The notes below the pieces were generated by a model. It searched no databases, was not told where the DNA came from, and saw only the letters and a list, made by a program, of their open reading frames with translations. Both the position numbers and the translations under genes were made by a program. Positions 18,876-28,629 of a stretch of 64,000 bases of DNA are shown here, piece by piece (the first letter of the stretch is position 1; the number at the start of each line of letters is the position of its first letter). The DNA is from Chloroflexota bacterium (lineage in GTDB: Bacteria; Chloroflexota; Dehalococcoidia; GIF9; AB-539-J10): NCBI GenBank assembly GCA_034722275.1, contig JAYENW010000022.1:1213-65212 (forward strand). The letters are read 5' to 3'.

Positions 18876-19312
18876 CTTTCTTCCCTTAATTCGCTCACTA
18901 AAGCTTGTAGGGCAGCGATATATCCTCTCCAGCGCAGTCCGCAGATTTGCCCTTTGACGATGGGAGCGATGACAGACTTGGCTCGCCATTCTTCACGGCT
19001 GTAGATGTTGGATAGATGAACTTCTATTACAGGTAGCCTGGTGTCATCCAGAGCATCGCGTAAAGCAAGCCCATAGTGGCAGTATGCTCCTGGATTGATA
19101 ATTATACCATCGGCTGAACTAGATTCCTTTTGAATGAAATCAATGAGTGTTCCTTCACTGTTGGACTGAAATGTGATTACCTCTACATTTAATGCCTCAC
19201 TCTCTTTCTTAATCAATGATTCGATCTCAGCCAGGGTTTTATCTCCATATATCTTTTTATCTCTCCTGCCCAGCATATTTAGATTTGGTCCCTGGATAAC
19301 TAAGATTCTCAT
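18872..19312 (-). CDS. aroQ: type II 3-dehydroquinate dehydratase
   Basis: MRILVIQGPNLNMLGRR...IINPGAY(C)HY is the classical AroQ signature. 146 aa. Confidence 0.9.
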   Translation of the reverse strand: MRILVIQGPNLNMLGRRDKKIYGDKTLAEIESLIKKESEALNVEVITFQSNSEGTLIDFIQKESSSADGIIINPGAYCHYGLALRDALDDTRLPVIEVHLSNIYSREEWRAKSVIAPIVKGQICGLRWRGYIAALQALVSELREES

Positions 19313-21492
19313 GAAGTCGCCTCCTGTTTTTGTTTTTCAAGTTCAGAGAGTTTTACTTTATATCCACAAGCCAGACACTTGCCCCAATCCTTTCTATATA
19401 GCACCAACAATTTGCCGCACTCAGGACAGGGTTGGGGTATTGGTTTGTAGCTTGTTGCGAATTGACACTCGGGGAAATTGCTGCATCCATAAAATATTTT
19501 CTTCTTCTTGTTAACTCGTTCTATTAACTCACTGCCACATTGGGGACAGCGAATCCCGATTTTGACCATGTAAGGCATGGTTGTCTTGCATTCGGGATAA
19601 CCGCTGCAAGCCAGGAATTTGCCGAAACGTCCTACCTTTATCGCCATAGGGCGGCCACATTTGGGACAGGTTTCTTCAGTTAACCTGGTCATATCTACTT
19701 TATTGATATTACTGGAGGCTTTCTCCAGCATATCCTCAAAAGGAGTGTAGAAATCTCTCAGAACTGCCACCCAATCATTTTTGCCCTGAGCTATTCCGTC
19801 GAGTTGCCCTTCCATTCGTGCTGTGAAGCCATAGTCAACAATTATGGAGAAGTGCTCGTTTAAGATGTCAGCCACAATTGTTCCCAGTTCTTCGGGGTGA
19901 AATTTGCCGTCTATTTTATGCACATACTCTCTTCCCTGGATGGTGGAAAGTATCGGAGCATAGGTGCTGGGGCGTCCAATACCTTTCTCTTCCAGTGCCT
20001 TGATTAATGTTGCTTCGTTGTAGCGAAGTGGTGGTTGTGTGAAGTGCTGCTCGGGAAATATCTCTCTGCCGACTAATTTATTGCCAATATGCAGTTGGGG
20101 CAAAGCAACCAGCTCTTCCTCTTGTCCCCCCTCATCCTTACTCTCGCTGTAAATGATGATGAAGCCGGGGAATCTGAGCTTGGAACTGGTTGCTTTGAGT
20201 TGGTAACTATCTTTACCTGCCACTCTGGCTGATATCCCCACTATGGTTGTATCATATAATGCCGCTGCTGTCTGACTGGCCAGCATGCGCTTCCAGATTA
20301 ATTGATAAAGTTTTAGCTGGTCTCGGTTGAGGAATTGCTTGATTTGCTCTGGTGCGCGGTAAATTTTGGTAGGGCGAATTGCCTCGTGAGCTTCCTGTGC
20401 CCACTTTGTCTTCTTGGCGAAGGTGCGTGCTTTTGGCGGAAGATATTCCTTGCCATACTTTTCTTGGATGAAATCTCTTACCTCGGCTATAGCTGAAGTG
20501 GCGATATGGGTGGAATCAGTGCGCATATAGGTGATGAGCCCCACTGAGCCTTTTTTACCTAGGGGCAAGCCTTCGTAAAGCTGTTGGGCAATTGCCATAG
20601 TGTGCTTGGCAGTGAAGTGCAGTTTTCTCCAGGCTTCCTGCTGCAGCGTGCTGGTGATAAATGGTGGAGCTGGCTGGCGAACAATTCTCTTGTTTTGTAT
20701 TGAGGCAACTCTGTATTGGGCATCTTCCAGGTCGGCAACTATTTTCTCTGTTTCTTTTTTGTTGTGAATATCCAGCTTGCTGCCATCAGCTAAAGCTATC
20801 AGCCTGGCTCTGAAGCTTGCCTCTTGATTTTCAACTGGCGCCAGCTCCACCTCGATGTTCCAGTATTCTTGTGGAGTGAAGCCTTGAATTTCTCGCTCCC
20901 GTTCAACAATCATTTTTACCGCTACTGACTGAACTCTGCCTGCGGAAAGGCCCCTCTGCACCTTTTTCCATAGCAAGGGGCTTAATTTATAACCTACGAG
21001 TCTATCCAGAATGCGCCTGGCTTGCTGTGCGTTGACCAGATTCATATCGGCGCCGCGCGGGTTCTTGAAAGCCTCCTTCACTGCCTCTTCGGTTATTTCA
21101 TGGAAAACTACGCGGTGATTAGGTATGTCATCCTTGTTCAGCTTGGCCGCCGCGATAAGATGCCAGGAAATTGCCTCTCCCTCTCTATCAGGGTCAGTGG
21201 CCAGGAAAATGGAACTGGCTCTGGCGGCTGCCTCTTTAATTTCCGCAACCACCTTTTTTTTCTCAGGCACAGTAACATATTGGGGTGCAAAGTCTCTCTT
21301 TGTATCTACGCCGAGGGTTTTTCTGGGCAGATCGCGCACGTGACCCAGTGAAGCCTTTACCGTATAGCCGCGCCCCAGTATTCTGTTCAGAGTTCTTGCT
21401 TTTGCTGGAGACTCAACGATAACTAAATTTTGTTTTCGCGGCTCTTTGCGGCTCTTAGTTTTTGACCTTATTGTTTGCTTTTTCCTTGGCAT
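19309..21492 (-). CDS. topA: DNA topoisomerase I
   Basis: TOPRIM block LVIVESPAKARTL, catalytic Tyr region, and four C-terminal C4 zinc ribbons (CPKCG...C, CPQCG...C, CPECG...C). Confidence 0.9.
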   Translation of the reverse strand: MPRKKQTIRSKTKSRKEPRKQNLVIVESPAKARTLNRILGRGYTVKASLGHVRDLPRKTLGVDTKRDFAPQYVTVPEKKKVVAEIKEAAARASSIFLATDPDREGEAISWHLIAAAKLNKDDIPNHRVVFHEITEEAVKEAFKNPRGADMNLVNAQQARRILDRLVGYKLSPLLWKKVQRGLSAGRVQSVAVKMIVEREREIQGFTPQEYWNIEVELAPVENQEASFRARLIALADGSKLDIHNKKETEKIVADLEDAQYRVASIQNKRIVRQPAPPFITSTLQQEAWRKLHFTAKHTMAIAQQLYEGLPLGKKGSVGLITYMRTDSTHIATSAIAEVRDFIQEKYGKEYLPPKARTFAKKTKWAQEAHEAIRPTKIYRAPEQIKQFLNRDQLKLYQLIWKRMLASQTAAALYDTTIVGISARVAGKDSYQLKATSSKLRFPGFIIIYSESKDEGGQEEELVALPQLHIGNKLVGREIFPEQHFTQPPLRYNEATLIKALEEKGIGRPSTYAPILSTIQGREYVHKIDGKFHPEELGTIVADILNEHFSIIVDYGFTARMEGQLDGIAQGKNDWVAVLRDFYTPFEDMLEKASSNINKVDMTRLTEETCPKCGRPMAIKVGRFGKFLACSGYPECKTTMPYMVKIGIRCPQCGSELIERVNKKKKIFYGCSNFPECQFATSYKPIPQPCPECGKLLVLYRKDWGKCLACGYKVKLSELEKQKQEATS

Positions 21493-22600
21493 AATTTACT
21501 CTGCTCTTATGAGTCAGTACATAGTTCATATTTCCTATGTGCCTGGCTATGCCTTTAAGCTCCAGAATAGCCAGTGTACCGCTTATCTCGGCTATGGGCA
21601 ACCCGCTGAGACGGCAGATTTCATCTATATGAATTGGCTCGGCGGTCAATTGTTTTATTACTGTGGCTTCAGTTTCGTTTTGTGGAGAAAATGCTTTGAT
21701 TTCCAGTTGCTGAGGAGCTACTATGCTCAAGTTCAGTTCCTCCAGAATATCATCGCAATTGGAAACTAACTTGGCTCCCTGTTGTATAAGGTTATTGGTT
21801 CCTTTACTCGTAGGAGCAAGAATGCTTCCAGGTATGGCAAAGACCTCACGATTCTGCGACAGTGCCTGGAAGGCTGTAATCAGAGCGCCGCTTCTCTCTC
21901 TGGCTTCTACTACAAGTACTCCTAAACTCAAACCACTCATAATTCGATTGCGCAGCGGGAAATTCTCAGCCCTGGGTCTGGTCCCCAAAGGATATTCGCT
22001 TACCAGAGCTCCATTTTCCATTATTGCCTGAGCTAATTTAGCATTTTCCGCGGGATAGATGATATCCAGTCCACAGCCAAAGACAGCTATTGTTTTCCCG
22101 CCATTATCAAGGGTGGTGCGGTGAGCTACAGTATCAATTCCTCTGGCCAGTCCGCTGACGATAACGATGTTATTTTGTGCCAGATCGGCTGTGATTTCTT
22201 CAGCTACCTGGCGCCCGTAGATGGTGGAGCGCCGTGTACCAACGACGGCAAGATGGGCAGCATCTTGAGGCGGCAGCTTGCCTTTGACATAAAGCACCAG
22301 GGGATAATCATAAATTTCTTTCAACCTCAGCGGATAGGCGTCATCCTCACAGACAAGAGCCTTCACCTTGTGGCGCTGCAGCTTTTCTATTTCATCGTCC
22401 AGAGAAAATTTATGGCGCAGCAGCACTAGGGACTCTATGCTTCGTGAAGCCAGTCCTGCTTGTCTTAGCCTGGTCTCTGAGGCATTCCAGGCATCCTGTA
22501 TATTGCCAAAATAATCTTTTAACTGTGAAAGCCTTATCCTGCCAATCCCGGGTATCCGGGAGAAGCCTACCCAGTATTTCAGCTCATCGGCACTTACCAT
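21455..22600 (-). CDS. dprA: DNA processing protein DprA/Smf
   Basis: The SAM-like N-terminus YWVGFSRIPGIGRIRLSQL is followed by a Rossmann-like DprA domain (GLARGIDTVAH). The internal Met start avoids a 40-nt overlap with the upstream gene. The dprA-topA pairing is conserved. Confidence 0.8.
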   Translation of the reverse strand: MVSADELKYWVGFSRIPGIGRIRLSQLKDYFGNIQDAWNASETRLRQAGLASRSIESLVLLRHKFSLDDEIEKLQRHKVKALVCEDDAYPLRLKEIYDYPLVLYVKGKLPPQDAAHLAVVGTRRSTIYGRQVAEEITADLAQNNIVIVSGLARGIDTVAHRTTLDNGGKTIAVFGCGLDIIYPAENAKLAQAIMENGALVSEYPLGTRPRAENFPLRNRIMSGLSLGVLVVEARERSGALITAFQALSQNREVFAIPGSILAPTSKGTNNLIQQGAKLVSNCDDILEELNLSIVAPQQLEIKAFSPQNETEATVIKQLTAEPIHIDEICRLSGLPIAEISGTLAILELKGIARHIGNMNYVLTHKSRVNYAKEKANNKVKN

Positions 22601-22620
22601 GGACCTGAAGCATTCCCCTG

Positions 22621-23796
22621 CTAGGGTATATAGGTGACAGTAAGGGTAACCTTTTCCCATTCAATGTATTCATCGTTATGGTTGCCATTAGTTTCATCGA
22701 AAAACTTGGCTTCGAATTGCAAGCGGTCAGTGGTGCTGATTCCCTGGCCAATGTTTCGTACAAAATTCGTTACATCTATGGTTGTTGGCGGTTGCCACAT
22801 AGTTGAAGTGGCGTCTTTATATTTAGGCACATCAAAATTGGGCAGATGTCCAGGGTCAGTGCGAACTACGACTAAACTGAGCCCGTGAAGACCGTTTATT
22901 GTATGGGCAAAAGGATGATTGACTATCTTCTTTGTGGTGAAGGTGAGTGTGGCTTCTTTGACATCGGTGCCTCTTAAACTGTAGAGATCGAAGCTCCAGA
23001 AAGCGCGGTAGCCGATATTCTTTTCATCGTCTCCTGCCCTGGTCCTCGCAGTATCTTTATCTCCAGTGCTTGATACTGTGCCGGTCTCTTTGGGTGCCGG
23101 GTTGAATGTTTTGGTCTCTTGGGTTGAAGCTGAAGAAACTACTACATTTACCTTGGCTACATTTTGACCACCTTTACCGTCATCAACGGTAACTGTAATG
23201 GCGAAAGTTCCCTCTCTATCCGGCGCTGTCCAGGTAACTCTATCGCCTACTCCGGTAACCCTGCCATCGCTGGCGGTCCATCCATAATTGACTGTATCAC
23301 CATCGGGGTCGCTGGCAATGCAACTGATTGTTGATTGCTCTTGAGGCAAAATTGTAGTTGGCTTGGCAACCAGGCTGGAGATCACCGGGTTTCGGTTTTG
23401 TACTACACTTAATTGCATGGTTTCCCGGGCGACGCCGCCTTTATTATCTTTAACAGTAATTGTAATATCATAAGTACCGTAATCCTTTGGGGCTATCCAG
23501 GAGATTACAGGACGACCATTTTCGGTAAACTTGCCGCCGGTGGTTGCCCATTCATAAAATATGGTATCGCCATCGGGGTCTGAAGCATCGCAGCGAATCT
23601 CAATGATATCTGAGGGGAGAACCTGTGTCTGGGCAGGTGTCAGGCTTGAGATTATGGGTGGTTGATTGCTGCCTGGTGTGGGTGTTGGTGTGGGTGTTGG
23701 TGTGGGTTCTGGACCTGGGCCACAGGCACTACTCAGTGCGATTATAAGAGCTAGCATAGCTGTAATTGCTCCCAATTTTGCTTTATTTATATTCAT
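22621..23796 (-). CDS. lipoprotein with PT-repeat linker, two PKD/Ig-like domains and a C-terminal domain of unknown function
   Basis: Signal peptide with lipobox LSSAC, then PEPTPTPTPTPTPG. Two ~85-aa repeats each carry DPDGD and ITVTV beta-sandwich motifs. A ~170-aa C-terminal region has no recognisable family. Confidence 0.65.
   Translation of the reverse strand: MNINKAKLGAITAMLALIIALSSACGPGPEPTPTPTPTPTPGSNQPPIISSLTPAQTQVLPSDIIEIRCDASDPDGDTIFYEWATTGGKFTENGRPVISWIAPKDYGTYDITITVKDNKGGVARETMQLSVVQNRNPVISSLVAKPTTILPQEQSTISCIASDPDGDTVNYGWTASDGRVTGVGDRVTWTAPDREGTFAITVTVDDGKGGQNVAKVNVVVSSASTQETKTFNPAPKETGTVSSTGDKDTARTRAGDDEKNIGYRAFWSFDLYSLRGTDVKEATLTFTTKKIVNHPFAHTINGLHGLSLVVVRTDPGHLPNFDVPKYKDATSTMWQPPTTIDVTNFVRNIGQGISTTDRLQFEAKFFDETNGNHNDEYIEWEKVTLTVTYIP
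23675..23708 (-). repeat. short tandem PT-dipeptide coding repeat (ggtgtgggtgttggtg units)
   Basis: Visible tandem repetition of ggtgtt/ggtgtg units. These encode (PT)n in the lipoprotein linker. Confidence 0.6.
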
Positions 23797-23923
23797 TTCT
23801 TTTTGCCTCCTTCCTGTTCAAATACTCTGCCAGAATTTCATTATATACAATCCATGACGGTTTAACAATGAATGTGTGAGCAGAATATTTGGCTCTCCGT
23901 ATTTAAGATTTAAGCCAGGAGTT

Positions 23924-24922
23924 CTATGAAGGTGAGGCGAAGGTGGAGCAGCCCATTTCTTGCAACTTTGGCAGCACATCCTTTGCAGCTTTATATCCTT
24001 GGGCTATAGCTTCTTCTGCGTTATAGAAGGCAAACGTTCCAATGTGGCTGACATCGGGGTTTATGAGTATATCCGCAGATTTTGCTGCCAATCTGAGATT
24101 TGCATATTCCATGGCATGAATTGACTGCATCAAAACATGAAATATGTTTGGTGTTTCAGGGTCTATCATTCTTCTACCGTCATGAAGCTTGGTCTTGGCA
24201 ATATCAGAAAGCTCCTCAAAGGCCTTGATTTTGTTTTTGTTCTCTCGTAGTAGATTGGTAATCTTCTCTTCTATAAGAGATAAATATGTGTTCTTGGGGT
24301 AGGTGCTTGGCTTACGCTGGGCTTTCTTCTCGACTGGTTTTCTGTCCCTTCTCTGCTGGGCAATGCCAATGGTATTCACAGCGATGACTACTTTTGCTCC
24401 CATGTTGCGCACAACATCAACGGGCATGGGATTGACTATGCCCCCATCAATCAAAAATCTCCCTCCTTGCTTCACTGGCGTGAATATCATCGGCAATGAG
24501 ATGCTTGCTCTCACTGCTTCTATCACCGAGCCTTTGCTAATAACAATTTCCTCCATACTTTGGGCATCGGTAGCCACGGCGGCAAATGGAATTTCCAGGT
24601 CTTTGAATTTGATATCTCCGATAAGGGACTTTAGAAGCGACTTAACCTTTTGTCCCTGAACAAATCCCTTCCAGAGCAATATTAAATTTAAGTCAGCCAA
24701 ATGGGCTAACTTCATCCAATCTGTACCTAATGCTATCTCCTCCAACACGATCACTTTTCGCTCTTTGGCATAGCAGGCTCCTATTAATGCGCCCATACTT
24801 GTGCCGCTTATCATATCAATGGGGATTGCTTCCTCTTCTAAAGCCTTAAGTACTCCGATATGAGCCAGGCCATGAGCGGCTCCTCCACTTAAAGCCAGGC
24901 CAATTTCTGGAATTTCACGCAT
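23924..24922 (-). CDS. patatin-like phospholipase
   Basis: Oxyanion loop LSGGAAHG, lipase pentapeptide GTSMGA (GxSxG) and a downstream catalytic-Asp region DGG. Confidence 0.8.
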   Translation of the reverse strand: MREIPEIGLALSGGAAHGLAHIGVLKALEEEAIPIDMISGTSMGALIGACYAKERKVIVLEEIALGTDWMKLAHLADLNLILLWKGFVQGQKVKSLLKSLIGDIKFKDLEIPFAAVATDAQSMEEIVISKGSVIEAVRASISLPMIFTPVKQGGRFLIDGGIVNPMPVDVVRNMGAKVVIAVNTIGIAQQRRDRKPVEKKAQRKPSTYPKNTYLSLIEEKITNLLRENKNKIKAFEELSDIAKTKLHDGRRMIDPETPNIFHVLMQSIHAMEYANLRLAAKSADILINPDVSHIGTFAFYNAEEAIAQGYKAAKDVLPKLQEMGCSTFASPS

Positions 24923-25628
24923 TAAAATCCCCCTGATCTTTGAGGGCGTAATCTACAGCAGCTTTGGAATGGATTGTGGTGGTATCAAAGATGGGGATTG
25001 GAGAATCCTGCTGCTTTATTAAAAGAGGTAGTTCAGTGCAGCCTAAAATGATTCCCTGGGCGCCGCTGTCGCTGAGCCTGTCGATAATCATTTTAATTTG
25101 CTCTCTTGATGAATCCTTTAACTGCCCTAAGGATAACTCCTTTAAAATTATATTATGCACTGTTTCACGGTCGGTCTTATTGGGGATTACAACACCAAGG
25201 TCATATTTTTCATTTAGCCGCTTTTTGTAAAAATCCTGCTCCATGGTAAATTTGGTGCCTAAAAGGCCGACTTCCTTCAAACCCGAAGAGACAATCTCCT
25301 CAGCAGTAACATCAACTATGTGTAGCAATGGTATGCTTATACTCGCCGCGACCTCATCTGCTATTTTATGTATGGTGTTGGTACAGATTAAAACGAAATC
25401 AGCGCCAGCGCCTTCCACTTGTTTGGCAGCAGCTATCATTGAATTTGTAACTTCGTCCCACGCTCCTTCGCTTATAGGTTCTACAATCTCCTCGAAGTCG
25501 AAGCTGTACATGATGATTTTGGCTGAGTGGAGCTTGCCCAATCTTTCACTCACAGCTTTGTTTATAATGCGGTAATACTCCAGCGTTGACTCCCAGGTCA
25601 AACCTCCAATAAGCCCAATCGTTTTCAT
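24915..25628 (-). CDS. aspartate/glutamate racemase-family protein
   Basis: MKTIGLIGGLTWEST...LICTNT...ILGCTELPLL matches the Asp/Glu/hydantoin racemase fold with its two Cys/Thr catalytic regions. Confidence 0.75.
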   Translation of the reverse strand: MKTIGLIGGLTWESTLEYYRIINKAVSERLGKLHSAKIIMYSFDFEEIVEPISEGAWDEVTNSMIAAAKQVEGAGADFVLICTNTIHKIADEVAASISIPLLHIVDVTAEEIVSSGLKEVGLLGTKFTMEQDFYKKRLNEKYDLGVVIPNKTDRETVHNIILKELSLGQLKDSSREQIKMIIDRLSDSGAQGIILGCTELPLLIKQQDSPIPIFDTTTIHSKAAVDYALKDQGDFNA

Positions 25629-25667
25629 GGTGATTGTCTCCTTGGTTTGATTAGATTATGTTGTTTT

Positions 25668-25756
<89 letters not shown>

Positions 25757-25857
25757 GTAAGAGTTACTCTCCCCTGGAATTTTCACACTGCCACCTATTC
25801 TTCTATAAGAAATATTATTTCCTTATCCACTTCCACTTACCTCCTTAATTATCTCCG

Positions 25858-25942
25858 CGGAGAGGGTGGGATTCGAACCCACGAGGCATTGCTGCCCACC
25901 GCTTTTCGAGAGCGGCACCATCAACCACTCGGTCACCTCTCC
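25858..25942 (-). tRNA. tRNA-Ser (anticodon CGA), long variable arm, no encoded CCA
   Basis: Reverse complement reads GGAGAGGTGACCGAGTGGTTGATGGTGCCGCTCTCGAAAAGCGGTGGGCAGCAATGCCTCGTGGGTTCGAATCCCACCCTCTCCG. The anticodon loop is CT-CGA-AA. The acceptor and T-arm are identical to the neighbouring tRNA-Ser. Confidence 0.8.
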
Positions 25943-26014
25943 CTGATATAAAGCTATTATGTTATTATAGTGCCATTATAGCATTGCTGGATTTGGAGAT
26001 AAAAAACTAACAGA

Positions 26015-27211
26015 ATGAGAAATTGGCTTTCTCTGGCAATAGCTATCCTGGTCGCTGTTCCTGGGTTATACCTCAGAATTGGCGGGATACATCTGGCTCC
26101 TCAGAGCGAAGCGGTGATTTTTGGCCTGGCAATTCTGGGGGCGGCCTTTCTGATTTCCTGGACTTGTGAAGTTGCTCAGCTGGAGATATCTCAGTCGCTG
26201 GCTTTAGCTGTGGTAGCCATTGCGGCTGTGCTTCCCGAATATGCGGTTGATGGTTATTTTGCCTGGACAGCAGGCAGCAATCCCCAGTACATACCTTATG
26301 TTACAGCAAACATGACTGGAGCCAATCGTCTGCTCATTGGGATTGGCTGGTCTTTAGTAGCCTTGCTCTTCTGGTCAAAGAAAAGGAAGAGCATTGAAGT
26401 CGAAAAAGCACAGACAACTGAGCTTAGCTTCTTAATTTTGGCTACACTTTATTCATTTGTCATCCCCATTAAGGGTACACTCTGTCTGGTGGATAGTTTT
26501 TTTCTGGTGAGCCTTTTCATCTTTTACATGTGGGCCAGTTCTCGGGGTGAAGTTAAGCTTCCTGAACTCACGGGACCGGCGGTGAATATAAGCCAGCTCG
26601 GCAAAGCAACCAGGTGGGCTGTCACCATTGGGCTGTTTATTTTTGCTGCCGCGGTAATTTTTGGTTCAGCCAAACCTTTCGCCGAGGGGTTAATAGGGAT
26701 GGGAAGAGCCTGGGGAATTGAGGAGTTTGTTTTGGTGCAGTGGGTAGCACCTTTGGCCTCCGAAGCTCCCGAGATCATAATAGCAGTAATATTTGTGTTA
26801 AGCAATAATGGCAATGCTGCTCTGGGCACCCTGGTTTCCTCCAAGGTTAACCAGTGGACTCTACTGGTAGGGACATTGCCTATAATCTATAGCATTTCTT
26901 TGGGAGTGCCTGGCGCCTTGCCCCTGGACAGCCGCCAGGTGGAAGAAGTTCTCCTTACCTCGGCTCAGTCACTCTTTGCCATAAGCATTTTGGCTAGGTT
27001 AAGGCTTCCACTTGCATGGGCTGGAGCATTGTTTTTGCTTTTCATCACCCAGTTAGCCTTTCCCAATTCATTGGTGCGCTATGGCTATTCCGCGTTCTAT
27101 ATCATCCTGGCCCTGTATTTGATGCTCAAAGAAAAAGGGATACGCGGTAAAAGCCTTTATTCAATGGTACGGCAGAGTTTCACTGCCCTCAGGTCACCCA
27201 GCAAGGATTGA
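26015..27211 (+). CDS. CaCA-family (Na+/Ca2+ exchanger-like) cation antiporter membrane protein
   Basis: About 10 transmembrane helices. Two internal repeat regions each contain an alpha-repeat-like motif ending in PE (AIAAVLPEYAV and LASEAPEIIIAV). 398 aa. Confidence 0.5.
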   Translation: MRNWLSLAIAILVAVPGLYLRIGGIHLAPQSEAVIFGLAILGAAFLISWTCEVAQLEISQSLALAVVAIAAVLPEYAVDGYFAWTAGSNPQYIPYVTANMTGANRLLIGIGWSLVALLFWSKKRKSIEVEKAQTTELSFLILATLYSFVIPIKGTLCLVDSFFLVSLFIFYMWASSRGEVKLPELTGPAVNISQLGKATRWAVTIGLFIFAAAVIFGSAKPFAEGLIGMGRAWGIEEFVLVQWVAPLASEAPEIIIAVIFVLSNNGNAALGTLVSSKVNQWTLLVGTLPIIYSISLGVPGALPLDSRQVEEVLLTSAQSLFAISILARLRLPLAWAGALFLLFITQLAFPNSLVRYGYSAFYIILALYLMLKEKGIRGKSLYSMVRQSFTALRSPSKD

Positions 27212-27268
27212 TAGAGCTCGCATACCCCGATCTGTAGAGCTAGGAAATATGCCCTCGAGGTGTGCTAC

Positions 27269-28465
27269 TTAAGGCACTATGGACATGAATATACCAGCAA
27301 CCACTGAAGTGGAAATAGCACCTGCCATGTTAGGCCCCAGGGCATGCATTAGCAGGAAGTTTCTGGGGTTTGCTTTTTGCCCCTCTACCTGAGCTACTCT
27401 GGAAGCCATGGGAACGGCGGAGACGCCGGCAGCACCGATGATTGGATTTATTTTTTCCTTAAGGAACAAATTAGCTATTTGGGCTGCCCAAATTCCACCT
27501 GCGGTACCAAAGGCAAAAGCCACCACAGCCAGGCCAATGATAGCTAAGGTATGAATATTGAGGAATACAATGGCTGGCATTAAAGCCCCAACACAGATAC
27601 CCAATAAAAAGGTCAGTACATCCACAAATACGCCACCGGCTGATGCAGCCAGTCTATCGGTGACGCCAGTAACATAAAGCAAGTTACCAAACATGAGCAT
27701 GCCGATAAGAGGCGCTGCTTTAGGGACAAATAAAGCCGAAACCACGAACACTGCTATCGGGAAGATAACCTTTTCGAGGTGAGAGACCTCTCGAGTCTGG
27801 GGCTTCATATATATTTGCCGCTGCTTCTTGGGGATAAGTGCCCTTATTACCGGTGGCTGGAGTATAGGTACCAATGCCATATAAGAATAGGCTACCAGGG
27901 TAATGGGTCCCAGCAACTCAGGTGCTAAAGCCGCGGTAAGGTAAACTGTAGGCGGCCCATCAGAACCCCCTATAATGCCAACACAGGCAGCCTGGCTTAC
28001 AGTAAATAACCCCGTGACATAAGCGATAAGAAATACAATAAAAACACCTAGCTGTGCTGTGGCGCCGAACAGGAAAGATATCGGGCGGGACATGGCTGGA
28101 GAGAAATCTGACATGGCTCCGACTCCAAGGAAGATAAGCAAAGGGATTAGTTCGTTCGATATCCCGAACTGATACAGCACATTTAATAATCCTATTTTCC
28201 CACTTCCCATTGCCTCTCCCAATGCTCCTATGCCACCTTGCACCATCAGTGGCATAGGGACGTCACCAGGTTCTGTCACCGGGGCGTAAATCATTAACCC
28301 GCTCATGGGTATATTGACCATTATTACTCCCAAGCCTATGGGCACAAGCAAGACCGGCTCCATTTTCTTGGCCACACCAAAGTAAATAAGACCTCCTCCG
28401 ATGACCAGCATCAAGATATTGCCCCAGGTGAGCCCCCCAAAAGCCATTTCATATAAGCCAAACAT
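27269..28465 (-). CDS. Na+-transporting carboxylic acid decarboxylase beta subunit (OadB/GcdB/MmdB family)
   Basis: MFGLYEMAFGGLTWGNILMLVIGGGLIYFG...NIPMSGLM and later conserved blocks are typical of the OadB family. About 9-11 transmembrane helices, 398 aa. GGAGGG RBS. Confidence 0.8.
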   Translation of the reverse strand: MFGLYEMAFGGLTWGNILMLVIGGGLIYFGVAKKMEPVLLVPIGLGVIMVNIPMSGLMIYAPVTEPGDVPMPLMVQGGIGALGEAMGSGKIGLLNVLYQFGISNELIPLLIFLGVGAMSDFSPAMSRPISFLFGATAQLGVFIVFLIAYVTGLFTVSQAACVGIIGGSDGPPTVYLTAALAPELLGPITLVAYSYMALVPILQPPVIRALIPKKQRQIYMKPQTREVSHLEKVIFPIAVFVVSALFVPKAAPLIGMLMFGNLLYVTGVTDRLAASAGGVFVDVLTFLLGICVGALMPAIVFLNIHTLAIIGLAVVAFAFGTAGGIWAAQIANLFLKEKINPIIGAAGVSAVPMASRVAQVEGQKANPRNFLLMHALGPNMAGAISTSVVAGIFMSIVP

Positions 28466-28494
28466 CTCTTAATTTCCCTCCAAAAGAATTAAGC

Positions 28495-28629
28495 TCATTT
28501 CTTTGCTTTGCTTCTTCTTTGTATTACAAATCCTATCAACCAGATTACCAAACATAGAATTACGAGGACCAGAATAGTGACTCCAAAGCCACCACCGGCA
28601 ATTTTTGCTATCAAACTCCAATCTATCAT
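28495..28629 (-). CDS. 44-aa single-transmembrane micro-protein, possibly an OadG-like (decarboxylase gamma/anchor) subunit
   Basis: Translation is MIDWSLIAKIAGGGFGVTILVLVILCLVIWLIGFVIQRRSKAKK. AAGGA lies 9 nt upstream. It ends 29 nt before the oadB start on the same strand. It is not in the ORF track because it is shorter than 60 aa. The OadG resemblance rests on size and topology only. Confidence 0.3.
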   Translation of the reverse strand: MIDWSLIAKIAGGGFGVTILVLVILCLVIWLIGFVIQRRSKAKK

